Counted from the first letter of the stretch, positions 31,864 to 41,709 are shown. The stretch is DNA of 64,000 nt from Bifidobacterium breve (GCA_945898065.1 CAMDHH010000001.1:9427-73426); one strand, 5' to 3'. The notes: a model not told the origin generated them from the letters alone. Made by a program: numbers and translations.

Positions 31864-32655
31864 TTATCTCGCCTTCATCGCAAGCCAAACAGCTACTCCG
31901 ATGAGTAGACCAATTCCAAGTGTCCACACGAGTAATCCTTCAGTAACAGGGCCGACGCGACCGAGTGATGCTCCACCGAGTGCTGGTTCCGCCTCTACTG
32001 CCTTTACCCACTTGATGATAGAAAGTTTTTCTTCAGGTGTCAGCGTCTTATCGCTAAATACTGGCATTGATTGAGGACCAGTAGTCATCGCTTCAGCGAT
32101 GTACTTTGCTTCAACTCCCATAAGTGTTGGTGCATATTTTCCTTGAGTTAGAGCCCCACCTTGCGCAGCAAAGTTGTGACACATCGCGCAATTTGTGCGG
32201 AATAGTTCGCCACCTTCGGCTGTGCTGCCATCACGTTCGTAATTGAGTGATGCATCCGTTGGAATTTCAGGTCCAGGTGCGAGAGAGGCAACGTAGACGG
32301 CGAGAGCCGCTACTTCCTTTTCATCATAAACCGGTGGCTTGCGCATAATTTGAACACTCAAATCAGCTACAGGCATACGTCCAGTACCTACTTGAAAATC
32401 AACTGATGCTGCGCCAACTCCAAGTAGAGATGGAGCAATAGCGCTGCCTTCTAAGTTCAAACCATGACACGAAGAACAACCTTTGAGAAAAATTTCACGA
32501 CCTTCTTCAATTGCAGTCGATCGCGAAAACTCACTCTGTTCAGGGGTAGTAGTTGCACTAGCAACAGAGAAAGTTGTACCTATTGCAAAGAGGGCAAAGA
32601 GTAAAAGTATTGGTGCAGCAGCTCTATGTCTGCGATATCTAGATAGATACTTCAC
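31864..32655 (-). CDS. qcrC: Dihaem cytochrome c subunit
   Basis: CSSCH and CAMCH; FQVGTGRMP; GPVTEG. Confidence 0.96.
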   Translation of the reverse strand: MKYLSRYRRHRAAAPILLLFALFAIGTTFSVASATTTPEQSEFSRSTAIEEGREIFLKGCSSCHGLNLEGSAIAPSLLGVGAASVDFQVGTGRMPVADLSVQIMRKPPVYDEKEVAALAVYVASLAPGPEIPTDASLNYERDGSTAEGGELFRTNCAMCHNFAAQGGALTQGKYAPTLMGVEAKYIAEAMTTGPQSMPVFSDKTLTPEEKLSIIKWVKAVEAEPALGGASLGRVGPVTEGLLVWTLGIGLLIGVAVWLAMKAR

Positions 32656-32670
32656 GATGCGTCCCTCGGA

Positions 32671-33300
32671 TCACTTAATCAGATAGATCGCAGCAAAGAG
32701 AGCGATCCACACAACATCGACGAAGTGCCAGTAATAAGAAACCACAATTGCAGTTGTTGCCTGCTGATGTGTAAATCTACGTGCTTTAGCAACGCGAATC
32801 ATTACGATTAAAAATGCGATGAGGCCACCAGTGACGTGAAGGCCGTGAAAGCCAGTGGCAATATAGAAAACAGAACCGTAGGCATTTGATGAAAGGGTCA
32901 AACTTTCGCTGACTAGAACTGCATACTCATAGATTTGACCAGCGATAAAGAAAGCACCCATAAGAAATGTCAGCGAGAACCATTCGCGCATCCCCCATTT
33001 GCTGATTTGTATCAATGAGCCAGTTCGCTTATTTTGAAAACGCTCGGCGGCGAAGACTCCAAATTGACATGTCACAGATGAGAGAACAAGAACAGTGGTA
33101 TTGAGTGCTGCAAATGGAATATTTAATAATTCCGTTGATTCCAACCAAATTTGTGGTCCTTGTACGGCGCGAATTGTGAAATAGATTGCGAAGAGACCAG
33201 CGAAGAACATCAGTTCGCTTGAGAGCCAAACAATCGTTCCCACAGCAACCGCATTAGGCCGAGTGATCTTGTGGGCCTCTGGCGCTATGGTCGATGACAT
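32671..33300 (-). CDS. ctaE: Cytochrome c oxidase subunit III
   Basis: [27 protein letters not shown]; start at ATG 33300. Confidence 0.96.
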   Translation of the reverse strand: MSSTIAPEAHKITRPNAVAVGTIVWLSSELMFFAGLFAIYFTIRAVQGPQIWLESTELLNIPFAALNTTVLVLSSVTCQFGVFAAERFQNKRTGSLIQISKWGMREWFSLTFLMGAFFIAGQIYEYAVLVSESLTLSSNAYGSVFYIATGFHGLHVTGGLIAFLIVMIRVAKARRFTHQQATTAIVVSYYWHFVDVVWIALFAAIYLIK

Positions 33301-33436
33301 GCGCCTATTATTCCCGAAAAGGTGCATGGAGTCTTCTCGCAGATACAAAAAGAGAAGGGTAATTCGCTCTTCCGTGGGTGAAACAGGTCACTCGTGATTG
33401 CACTCGCTTTGCAGATTTCGATAATAGACTGACCCC

Positions 33437-33868
33437 ATGTCCATGAGTGCTGGCGCCACATTACGAATACTCGTTTATTCAGATGATTCCTCGGTCCGTG
33501 CCGCTATTTCTGGCGCCCTGGGCACGCGATTAGCGGCCGATCTACCTACCCATGAAATTATCGAATTTGCCACCGGTAAAGCGCTTCGACTTTTTACTGA
33601 TCGCAAAGGCGTAACTGCAAATAATCAAGTGGATCTTTTCATTCTCGATGGTGAAGCGGTTCCTGAAGGTGGGATGGGAATTGCCCGCCAACTCAAAGAT
33701 GAAGTTTTTGAATGCCCACCTGTTCTCGTGATTACAGGTCGCAAAGAAGATGCATGGCTAGCAGCCTGGTCAATGGCTGAAGCATCAGTAATGCATCCAA
33801 TCGATCCATTCACGCTTGCCCATACAGCAGCGAATTTGCTGCGCGGTGCAAGCCTCACATCTGCGTAA
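33437..33868 (+). CDS. Stand-alone atypical receiver-domain protein
   Basis: ILVYSDD, FILDGEAVPEGGMGIARQLKDE, DAWLAAWS, HPIDP (conserved Lys replaced); conserved neighbour of ctaE in Actinobacteria. Confidence 0.82.
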   Translation: MSMSAGATLRILVYSDDSSVRAAISGALGTRLAADLPTHEIIEFATGKALRLFTDRKGVTANNQVDLFILDGEAVPEGGMGIARQLKDEVFECPPVLVITGRKEDAWLAAWSMAEASVMHPIDPFTLAHTAANLLRGASLTSA

Positions 33869-33879
33869 GTCCTATTGAG

Positions 33880-34914
33880 ATGAGCTGGCGTACTCATATT
33901 GATCGCCTCAAGAGCGGACTTGATTTAGAAGTTAGCGATATCTCGTGGTGCATGAATGAAATTCTTGAAGATCGAACAGATATTGAAATAACAAAAGAAT
34001 TTTTACTCGCCCTAAAAGCAAAAGGCGAAACTTCTGATGAAGTTGGTGCACTAGTGGCACAGATGTATCAACACTGTGCACCGATATCAATAAATGAGAG
34101 AGCTGTCGACACAGTTGGAACCGGTGGCGACGGTGCACATACGATAAATATTTCAACAACGGCCGCAATAATCGCGGCGGCAGCTGGCGCGAAAGTTCTC
34201 AAGCATGGAAACCGTGCAGCCTCATCTAAGTCAGGTTCGGCCGACCTTCTAGAGGCACTCGGTATAACCATTGGCCTTGATGGAAAAGGTGTTGAGCAGA
34301 CTTTTGCTGAGTTAGGAATCGGATTTTGTTTTGCGCCTAAATTTCATCCAGCGATGCGCTTTGCAGCCCCTGCTCGTAAAGAGTTAGGAGTACCAACGGT
34401 ATTCAATATTTTGGGACCACTTGCAAATCCAGCACGTCCTCAAGCGGCAGCCATTGGCGTTGCAAATGATCGAATGCATTTAGTAATGGCACAAGTATTA
34501 GCTGATCGAGGAGTCGATGGCTTTGTATTTCGCGGAGATGACGGGTTAGATGAAATAACTCTTGCTACAACAACCTCAGTGCTAATAATTGGGAATAATA
34601 CTATTTCGAGTGAGCAATTAGATCCATTGGATTTTGGAATTGAACGTGCGCCAACATCGGCGCTCGTTGGTGGAGATAGTGCTGAAAATGCACGGATTAC
34701 GAATGCAATTTTTGCGGGGGAGCGCGGAGCACATCGCGACGCAGTGGTTCTCAATGCTGCTGCTGCTATTGCTGCTTATCTGGGGAACTTTGAACTCTCG
34801 CTACATGAGCGAATGAAGATCGGCATAGAACGAGCTATTGGTGCTATTGATAGCGGGGCTTGCGCCACATTGGTGAAACAATGGGCCGAGCTGAGTAAGA
34901 AGATTTCAGCCTAA
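33880..34914 (+). CDS. trpD: Anthranilate phosphoribosyltransferase
   Basis: GTGGDG, NIST, KHGNRAASSKSGSADLLE, LGPLANP, GLDE. Confidence 0.97.
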   Translation: MSWRTHIDRLKSGLDLEVSDISWCMNEILEDRTDIEITKEFLLALKAKGETSDEVGALVAQMYQHCAPISINERAVDTVGTGGDGAHTINISTTAAIIAAAAGAKVLKHGNRAASSKSGSADLLEALGITIGLDGKGVEQTFAELGIGFCFAPKFHPAMRFAAPARKELGVPTVFNILGPLANPARPQAAAIGVANDRMHLVMAQVLADRGVDGFVFRGDDGLDEITLATTTSVLIIGNNTISSEQLDPLDFGIERAPTSALVGGDSAENARITNAIFAGERGAHRDAVVLNAAAAIAAYLGNFELSLHERMKIGIERAIGAIDSGACATLVKQWAELSKKISA

Positions 34915-35570
34915 AACTCTTTCGGTATTTTCTCCCGTAAGCGCTTCTTCTTATCTGCAAGAAATTCAAAGAGTTTTTCCACTGTGTCAACCTCAAAACC
35001 TCCAAGTCTTTCAAAGAGGCCATGTAAAACTGCAACGGTGGAATGGGCATCATCGAGTGCACGGTGCGTTGGTTGGATAGGTGTATCAAAGAATTGTGCA
35101 AGGGTTGAAAGTTTGCAGTCATAGACTTCATCTCGAGTGAGTAAATGGCGTGCAAGTTTTACAGTGTCTAGCACTTGATATTTTGGCCATGGATATTCGT
35201 GAGATTTTGCAGCGGCCTTGAGGAAACCCAAATCAAAAGGTGCGTTGTGTGCAACCAGGACGCACTCATCTTCACGGCCTAAAAATTCCAAAAGTGTTGG
35301 TAGCGCGTTTTCAATAGGCGGGGCATACATGACCATTTCATCAGTGATGCCCGTAAGTGCAGTTATATATGGCGGAATAGATTCTTGAGGATTGATGAAA
35401 GTTTCAAAAATTCCAATCACTTCACCGCCGCGTACTTTCACGGCGCCGATTTCAGTGATACCCGCACCTGCATTTGGTGAAGCACCGGTTGTTTCCAGAT
35501 CCAGAACAACAAAAGTGGTCGCACTCAGGTGTTGACCCTTTTTGTTATTGGAATTTCGCACAACGTTCAT
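34911..35570 (-). CDS. DEDDh 3'-5' exonuclease (DnaQ-like), single domain
   Basis: DLETTG, AHNAPFD, HRALDDA. Confidence 0.92.
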   Translation of the reverse strand: MNVVRNSNNKKGQHLSATTFVVLDLETTGASPNAGAGITEIGAVKVRGGEVIGIFETFINPQESIPPYITALTGITDEMVMYAPPIENALPTLLEFLGREDECVLVAHNAPFDLGFLKAAAKSHEYPWPKYQVLDTVKLARHLLTRDEVYDCKLSTLAQFFDTPIQPTHRALDDAHSTVAVLHGLFERLGGFEVDTVEKLFEFLADKKKRLREKIPKEF

Positions 35571-35625
35571 ATTGCCTGATGGTAGGTGATTGAACAGACA
35601 ATGACGTAAGGCGTACCTTTACCCC

Positions 35626-36396
35626 ATGAGTTCACATGGGGCACCTGCCGGATTACTTCAATCTTTCGCCGCCCAAGGAAATGGCGCTAACGAGAAAACT
35701 GGAATCATTCTTGTTCATGGCTTCACTGGCTCTCCCGCATCGATGCGGCCCTGGGCGGAATTTCTCAATGGCCGCGGTTACACAGTGAGAGTCCCGTTGC
35801 TACCAGGTCATGGAACGAAGCCAGAAGATTTGAATAAAGTGAAGTGGCAAGAGTGGTCAGTTTGTGTGGAGTCGGCATTGGATGAATTATCACAAAAATG
35901 CGATGTTATTTTCATGTGCGGTTTATCGATGGGTGGCGGAACCACCTTGCATGTAACACAAAAACATCAATCAAGAATCCGCGGAATCATCCTTGTCAAT
36001 CCAATGATCCATCTTCCACTTGTCTCAGTGCCACTTGCATGGGGGGTTTCGCGCATTGTAAAAATGCGCAAAGCGGTCTCAGGTGATATCAAACGCCCAG
36101 GAATTTCAGAATGGGGATATGACGCAACTCCGCTTGTGGGAATACACGAACTTCTCAAGATGCTCAAAATAACACGTCAGAAATTAGGCGAAATTACTTT
36201 GCCTGTTCAACTTTTCCATAGCGTTGACGATCACACATTGCCGGTTTCAAATACGGAGATCGTCATGAAGGGAATTTCATCAACAAATAAGAACCGCATT
36301 GAACTAACAAATAGTTACCACGTGGCAACTCTTGATTACGATGCAGATCTCATTTTTCAGAACTCATTGACCTTTATTGAAGGACTGACTAAGTAG
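35626..36396 (+). CDS. Alpha/beta hydrolase (carboxylesterase/monoacylglycerol lipase type)
   Basis: HGFTGSP, LPGHG, GLSMGG nucleophile elbow, DH and SYHV catalytic residues. Confidence 0.92.
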   Translation: MSSHGAPAGLLQSFAAQGNGANEKTGIILVHGFTGSPASMRPWAEFLNGRGYTVRVPLLPGHGTKPEDLNKVKWQEWSVCVESALDELSQKCDVIFMCGLSMGGGTTLHVTQKHQSRIRGIILVNPMIHLPLVSVPLAWGVSRIVKMRKAVSGDIKRPGISEWGYDATPLVGIHELLKMLKITRQKLGEITLPVQLFHSVDDHTLPVSNTEIVMKGISSTNKNRIELTNSYHVATLDYDADLIFQNSLTFIEGLTK

Positions 36397-36517
36397 CAAG
36401 GCTCTATTTGCTGCAAATAACGAGACGGCGTAGCCATAGAGGAGCGTTGGTACTCGACAAAAGTCCTAGAATTGAGAATAGTTATCACTAAGCAATAATG
36501 GCGGAGAGGTCACTGAA

Positions 36518-38188
36518 ATGAAGAGACTGATATCTGTCCTCATAACTATTACAGCACTCATACTTCCAGTTGCTACCCCTGCTCAAGCCGCATGGCAGAT
36601 GAATCAACCTGTAGCAGGAATGTCTAGTTTTGTATTTCAAGATACTGAGTTTGGTTTGAATAACTCGCAGATTTTTGGACGAGACAATGTGAGCGGTAAG
36701 CAACTTTATTGTTCAGCGGTAGATGACCCTCATTGCGCGTCACTAAAGGCGTTGATGCTCAACTTGGTAGTTCCACCATGTACTGCTAGTTCCAAGCCAA
36801 GTGATATGTGTATTAAGAGCGTTGAATTCGGTGATTCGAGCGGAACCCTCAAACAAGTAACACTTGACCACGAGATTGATATGCCGAAGATCCCAGCGAA
36901 TGCAAAAGCTAAAACTCCAGAAGGCGGAGCGATTAGCGTATGGAAAGACGATGCTGGAAAGTTATATGGCGTTCAAATTTCAATTCGTTACAACATTGAT
37001 TACAGCCCTGGAACATTTGAACCAGGAACTGCATATGTATTTTCCTTCAATGCAACGGTAATCCCATTCACGTACCTTTCAGGTAATTACATTCCGCTTC
37101 GCGTTCATACCTTGGCCGATGGAAATGACTTTTTTGAATCGTTCTCCAAAGACGGAACTCCCTTCGATAGAGGTTTCGATTGCGCATGGATTGAACAAGG
37201 AAAATGTGCAATGAGGAGTGAATTTCCTAAGAATCGAAAGGTTGCACTCACGATGCAGATGGATAATAGAATCACTGGATGGCTCTTTGGCCGAATGGGA
37301 GACGCCTCCGTGTCTGTTGAACCTCTTACTTCAGAAATCAATTCAATACGTATCGAAGGTAATTCAATCCAAGTTCCCATTAGCTACGCAGAATTAAAAA
37401 CTTCTGAAGTTGCGGCAGATAAGGCTCTGAGCGCCGCCTTTATAAATTGCGGAGGTCGTGATTGTCCCGTCGAGCGACCCCAAGGCGACCGCTTGAATTG
37501 GCAATATCTCTACACACAAAATCCAGATGACCCGAATTTCAATGTTGGTTATGTAGATGCTCTCGCAAAATACTTGAAAGCGGCACCTGTTGAGAACTCG
37601 AGATGGGATATCACAGGTATGACTCCCGGTAATTGGCGCGTTGCTCGTTGGCCAGCATGCTTCGATGCAAAAAATGGCTTGATAGGAATCATTTCAACTA
37701 ATGCAAGTATCTATGATCCGAGTCCGCCTGAACTCGTTGATGGATTTATGACTTATAAAGTTGCTGGTCCGCATAACGGTTTTGATAATGCTGAATTCAA
37801 GGGTTCGTATGAATTGAATATGAAATCCGATACGGCACGCTGTCTTTATGGTTTTTCTAAGGCTCCAGTGAGTGCAACGATTTCAATCACATCTGGTGAT
37901 GGCTCTGTCCAAAATGTTGCAACGACTTTGCTCACTGAAAAGAATGGCTGGATGAAACTATCGGCCAAGAACTTTACTTTTTCGGTCCCAACTATTCGAA
38001 TTAAGCTCACTCAAGAAGCGGTAAAGGCCCCTGCCGAACCAGTCGTTGAAAAACCGGCAGCGACTTCGAGTGCACCTGCTAAACCGATTGCGCCAAAGAG
38101 TATTGCTATCAAGTGCAAAAAGGGTTCAGTAACTAAAAAGATTGTTGGCGCTAAACCAGTATGTCCTAAGGGATATAAGAAAGTTTAG
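36518..38188 (+). CDS. Secreted Cys-rich surface protein with C-terminal CKKG...CPKGYKK module (paralog of 1332-2948)
   Basis: Signal peptide (PAQA); shared WLFGR, TNAS, YKVAGPH, ARCLYGFSKAP blocks; Pro/Ala linker before the basic two-Cys tail; GGAGAGG RBS. Confidence 0.87.
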   Translation: MKRLISVLITITALILPVATPAQAAWQMNQPVAGMSSFVFQDTEFGLNNSQIFGRDNVSGKQLYCSAVDDPHCASLKALMLNLVVPPCTASSKPSDMCIKSVEFGDSSGTLKQVTLDHEIDMPKIPANAKAKTPEGGAISVWKDDAGKLYGVQISIRYNIDYSPGTFEPGTAYVFSFNATVIPFTYLSGNYIPLRVHTLADGNDFFESFSKDGTPFDRGFDCAWIEQGKCAMRSEFPKNRKVALTMQMDNRITGWLFGRMGDASVSVEPLTSEINSIRIEGNSIQVPISYAELKTSEVAADKALSAAFINCGGRDCPVERPQGDRLNWQYLYTQNPDDPNFNVGYVDALAKYLKAAPVENSRWDITGMTPGNWRVARWPACFDAKNGLIGIISTNASIYDPSPPELVDGFMTYKVAGPHNGFDNAEFKGSYELNMKSDTARCLYGFSKAPVSATISITSGDGSVQNVATTLLTEKNGWMKLSAKNFTFSVPTIRIKLTQEAVKAPAEPVVEKPAATSSAPAKPIAPKSIAIKCKKGSVTKKIVGAKPVCPKGYKKV

Positions 38189-39042
38189 TTTGGAACTCGC
38201 AGCAGTGGGGCAGTCATACATGTCGGACCGCCATCGCCTTTGACTGCAACGTTATTTCCTGCAAAGAGATGTACTTCAACGCCCGCTGCCTTCAACTTAC
38301 TTTCAATCTCTGGATTGCCCGCGGCAAGTACAACAACATTGGGGCGAACAGCCAAGATATTACTTCCTTGTGTGAGCATCTCTTTCTCACTGACTGTAAA
38401 CCATGTAATTCCACGTGACTCTAAATATTGAAGTAATCGCGCAGGAGCAAGTGGCTCATAGACAACGGCTTTGTCGCCAGCGATAGGGGAGAGAACACTC
38501 ATCAAATGAAGAACAGCCCCTGGTCCTTCGTAGTGCGGTAAATCAAAAGAGAGAACATCCACGCCAAAGGGTGCAAGGAGATCGCGGATTTGTTCGATAC
38601 CTGCTGTGTTGGTGCGGTAGCTATGTCCAATGAGTAGCGTTTTCTCATCGAGCCAAACTTTGTCGCCGCCATCTGCATATGCAGAAGCACTTAGTTCTCC
38701 AAGGATTGGAACGCCAATCTTTTCTAAATCTTTGCGAAAGAAACCTGGCTCGGTAGAGCGCACAGGCTTTGCCATATTCAAAAGGATTGCTCCATGTGGA
38801 GTCATAATCATTGGATCGTGCATGTAAACAGAATCAACGAGACCTTCTATTGAACCTGCAACATCTACTGTGCAGCCAAGGGACTGGAGCAATTGCGTAA
38901 ATGATTTGTGCTCTTCAAGCAACGCCACAGTATCCGGCATACGCCAATGGCCATCTTCAACAAATTTTCCCACTGTCGTAGGAGTGCGCACCATTACTCG
39001 TGCGAGATTGGAAAACATATCTGGAGTGCCCCATTGAGTCAT
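38185..39042 (-). CDS. Pentein family amidinotransferase/amidinohydrolase (DDAH/arginine deiminase-like)
   Basis: DSVYMHDP, DGGD, YRTN, LHLMS, GGPTCMT (Cys-His-Asp type triad); start set at ATG 39042, 6 nt after CATAAT. Confidence 0.9.
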   Translation of the reverse strand: MTQWGTPDMFSNLARVMVRTPTTVGKFVEDGHWRMPDTVALLEEHKSFTQLLQSLGCTVDVAGSIEGLVDSVYMHDPMIMTPHGAILLNMAKPVRSTEPGFFRKDLEKIGVPILGELSASAYADGGDKVWLDEKTLLIGHSYRTNTAGIEQIRDLLAPFGVDVLSFDLPHYEGPGAVLHLMSVLSPIAGDKAVVYEPLAPARLLQYLESRGITWFTVSEKEMLTQGSNILAVRPNVVVLAAGNPEIESKLKAAGVEVHLFAGNNVAVKGDGGPTCMTAPLLRVPN

Positions 39043-39147
39043 GGGGTGATTATGTACCAACTACTCGAAAAATAGCGAAATTCTTTCGCGACCTTAGGCG
39101 AGTTTTACACTAATATCCTCATAAGATTTTGGATTCGAGGAGAGCAA

Positions 39148-39339
39148 ATGAAAATCAGAGTAGATCGCGAAGCCTGTATCGGTGCGGGCCAATGTGCATT
39201 AGTTGCAGGTTCAATTTTTGATCAAGATGATGATGGTTTGGTCGTACTACTTACTGATACACCTAGTGATGAATACGTTGCATTTGCGCGCAAGGCGGCA
39301 ACGTTATGTCCAGCAAAGGCGATTGCGCTCGAAGAGTAG
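39148..39339 (+). CDS. Ferredoxin, P450-associated [3Fe-4S] type
   Basis: CIGAGQC...CPAKAI; GAGGAG RBS. Confidence 0.93.
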   Translation: MKIRVDREACIGAGQCALVAGSIFDQDDDGLVVLLTDTPSDEYVAFARKAATLCPAKAIALEE

Positions 39340-39341
39340 AA

Positions 39342-40502
39342 ATGATGTCGGTCGAAGAACCTGGTCTTGTGATAGTTGGTGCTTCGCTTGCAGGTCTTAC
39401 ATGTGCTCAATCATTGCGTGCTGAGGGATACACAAAAAAGATAACTCTTGTCGGTGCCGAAAAACATCTTCCATATAACAGGCCTCCACTTTCAAAGCAG
39501 GTTCTTTCTGGAAAATGGCAAGGTAGTCAAACTGCTATAGATTCGTCTGAGAAATTTGCAGAATTGGCTCTTGAGTTTTCTCTCGGCGAGATTGCAATAG
39601 GTCTAGATGTTTCATCAAGAGAAGTAAAGACAGATACTCGAACGCTCCCTTTTGAAGATTTGATAATTGCAACGGGGGCATCTGTTCGCAGACTTGCGAG
39701 CACAGAAAATATGAGTCGAGTCCACGTATTGCGAACACTCGATGATGCACTTGGATTGCGGGATGCTCTAACAGAAGTCAAAAGCGTCGTGGTCGTTGGC
39801 GCAGGCGTGCTGGGCTCCGAAGTTATATCCGCTCTCAGTGATTTCGGAACCAAGGCCACCGTGATTGATCGGATGCCAGCACCTCAGCTACCTCTTACAG
39901 GTGGACATTTCGCTTCTCGAATTGATGACTTGTTTTTAGAGCATGACGTACGTACCAAGTACGGCGTTGAGATAAATTCTGTAACAGAGCAAGAGTCAGG
40001 AATAACTTTCGAGCTATCAGATGGATCATCAGTAACAGGTGATATTGCAGTAGTTGCAATTGGCTGTATTCCAAATGTTGATTGGTTGGCTAATTCGGGA
40101 TTAGATATAACTAATGGGGTTTTATGCGACTCAAATGGCGTAGCAGCAGCACACGTATATGCGGCAGGCGATGTGGCTCGTTGGCATAATCCAGTTACAG
40201 ATAAGGCGATACGTCTTGAGAATCAAACATCTGCAATAGAGCAAGGATTAGCAGTCGGTAAATTTATTGTCACTAGAGAATCGAGTCCTACCACTCACCC
40301 ATTCTTCTGGTCTGAAATCTATGGAAACAAGATTCTCATGCTCGGCAGTTTGCAAGCCGGAATTCCTCTGACAATTGTGCACGGAAGTCCTAGCGATAAC
40401 CGCTTTGTCGCGGCTACCATTAGCAATGGAATCACCACTGGAATCGTAGGTTGGAATATGCCGCGAGAATTTCGGCAATCTAGATCAATGATGGAGGCAT
40501 AG
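39342..40502 (+). CDS. NAD(P)H:ferredoxin reductase (putidaredoxin reductase-like)
   Basis: GASLAG, PYNRPPLSK, IATG, GAGVLGSE, YAAGDVA, PFFWSE. Confidence 0.93.
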   Translation: MMSVEEPGLVIVGASLAGLTCAQSLRAEGYTKKITLVGAEKHLPYNRPPLSKQVLSGKWQGSQTAIDSSEKFAELALEFSLGEIAIGLDVSSREVKTDTRTLPFEDLIIATGASVRRLASTENMSRVHVLRTLDDALGLRDALTEVKSVVVVGAGVLGSEVISALSDFGTKATVIDRMPAPQLPLTGGHFASRIDDLFLEHDVRTKYGVEINSVTEQESGITFELSDGSSVTGDIAVVAIGCIPNVDWLANSGLDITNGVLCDSNGVAAAHVYAAGDVARWHNPVTDKAIRLENQTSAIEQGLAVGKFIVTRESSPTTHPFFWSEIYGNKILMLGSLQAGIPLTIVHGSPSDNRFVAATISNGITTGIVGWNMPREFRQSRSMMEA

Positions 40503-40506
40503 TTCG

Positions 40507-41709
40507 ATGAGTGAAGTTACAAAGCAAGAACAATGTCCTATGCATGAAGTGCGCAGAATTCCCAACGATGGAACTCCAACGTGTCCGTCTCCAACATTTG
40601 CAATTTGGCGCGAAGAAGGTTCTGCAACACCACTTGAATATTCTGATGGTCATGAAGGCTTGATTATCAACCGATATGAACTAGCAAAGATGGTTCTAGA
40701 AGATAAACGATTTAGCCAAACACCAGCGCGTATGCCAGCACATCACGGTGAGGCACTAGAAGCACAATACGGTTTGAGTTCTGATAGCGAGCTAGATCTA
40801 GGAAATGTTCTAGGTCTCGATGGAGAACAACACGCGAGAATTCGCAAGACTATTCTCAATCGATATTCAGTGCGCTCAGCGCGTGGCTATGAGAGTGATA
40901 TGAAAGAGATTGTTGCTAATCAACTCAAGCATTTGCTTGCACAACCAACTCCGGTAGATGTGACCGAACATTATTCTCAACCTATATCTGCAGCTGGTCA
41001 CATGCGAGTTCTAGGAATTCCTGAACAATTTCGCCAAGAATATTCACGATTGTTTGTGGGGGATTCAACGACGGATGAGAAAGTTGAATTTCTGCGTCGC
41101 GTATTGCCTGTCAAAAAGAACGAACTTGCTGAAGACGTACTCAGCGATCTACTCCGCAGCGATCTGTTAGTCCCTGAAATTGAAGGACTCACTCTTTCTC
41201 TCATGGTCTCAGGTCGAGATTCAGTTGCGTACATGATTACCACTTGTATGACAGCACTTCTCAATAACCCCGAGCAACTCAAAGCACTTCGTGACGATCC
41301 AACACTTATTGCCGGTGGCATGGAAGAGTTCATGCGCGTTGGTGCAATGTTTCTCACTCTTTTTCCTCGAACCGCAACAGAGGACCTAACTCTGGGTGAT
41401 GTTCATATCAAAGCGGGACAATCGGTATCTGTTTCACCTGTTGCAGCAAATCATGATGAGCGTCAGTTCCCCGATCCCGACAAGTTCGATTTATCTCGCG
41501 ATGCTTTTGGCCATATTGGTTTTGGTCACGGAATACATGGATGCGTTGGACAACAAGTCGCACGCGTAGAAATCCGCGAAGGTGTCATGCAACTTATCAA
41601 CGCTATTCCAAGTCTGCATCTTGTACATGCTGAACAAAATGAACCAGGACCATTTGCGCATCCTGTTGCAACATATGAAGCAGGCGAACTGATGGTGTCG
41701 TGGAATTGA
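40507..41709 (+). CDS. Cytochrome P450
   Basis: HARIRK (C helix), SGRDS (I helix), EFMR (ExxR), ANHD..QFPDPDKFD, FGHGIHGCVG haem ligand motif. Confidence 0.96.
   Translation: MSEVTKQEQCPMHEVRRIPNDGTPTCPSPTFAIWREEGSATPLEYSDGHEGLIINRYELAKMVLEDKRFSQTPARMPAHHGEALEAQYGLSSDSELDLGNVLGLDGEQHARIRKTILNRYSVRSARGYESDMKEIVANQLKHLLAQPTPVDVTEHYSQPISAAGHMRVLGIPEQFRQEYSRLFVGDSTTDEKVEFLRRVLPVKKNELAEDVLSDLLRSDLLVPEIEGLTLSLMVSGRDSVAYMITTCMTALLNNPEQLKALRDDPTLIAGGMEEFMRVGAMFLTLFPRTATEDLTLGDVHIKAGQSVSVSPVAANHDERQFPDPDKFDLSRDAFGHIGFGHGIHGCVGQQVARVEIREGVMQLINAIPSLHLVHAEQNEPGPFAHPVATYEAGELMVSWN

Noticed and set aside
33437-33868. Orphan receiver domain without the conserved Lys as a novel signalling system
   Set aside because: This atypical receiver is a conserved neighbour of ctaE in Actinobacteria; nothing distinctive here.
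36498-36521. 7-codon uORF (MAERSLK) overlapping the surface-protein start in ATGA
   Set aside because: No RBS or correctly spaced -10 of its own; the main gene has a strong GGAGAGG RBS.
39043-40506. RiPP precursor for the P450, or a guanidine riboswitch for the pentein cluster
   Set aside because: No short ORF with aromatic core residues next to the P450 and no ACGR tandem hairpins or ykkC-type motifs seen.
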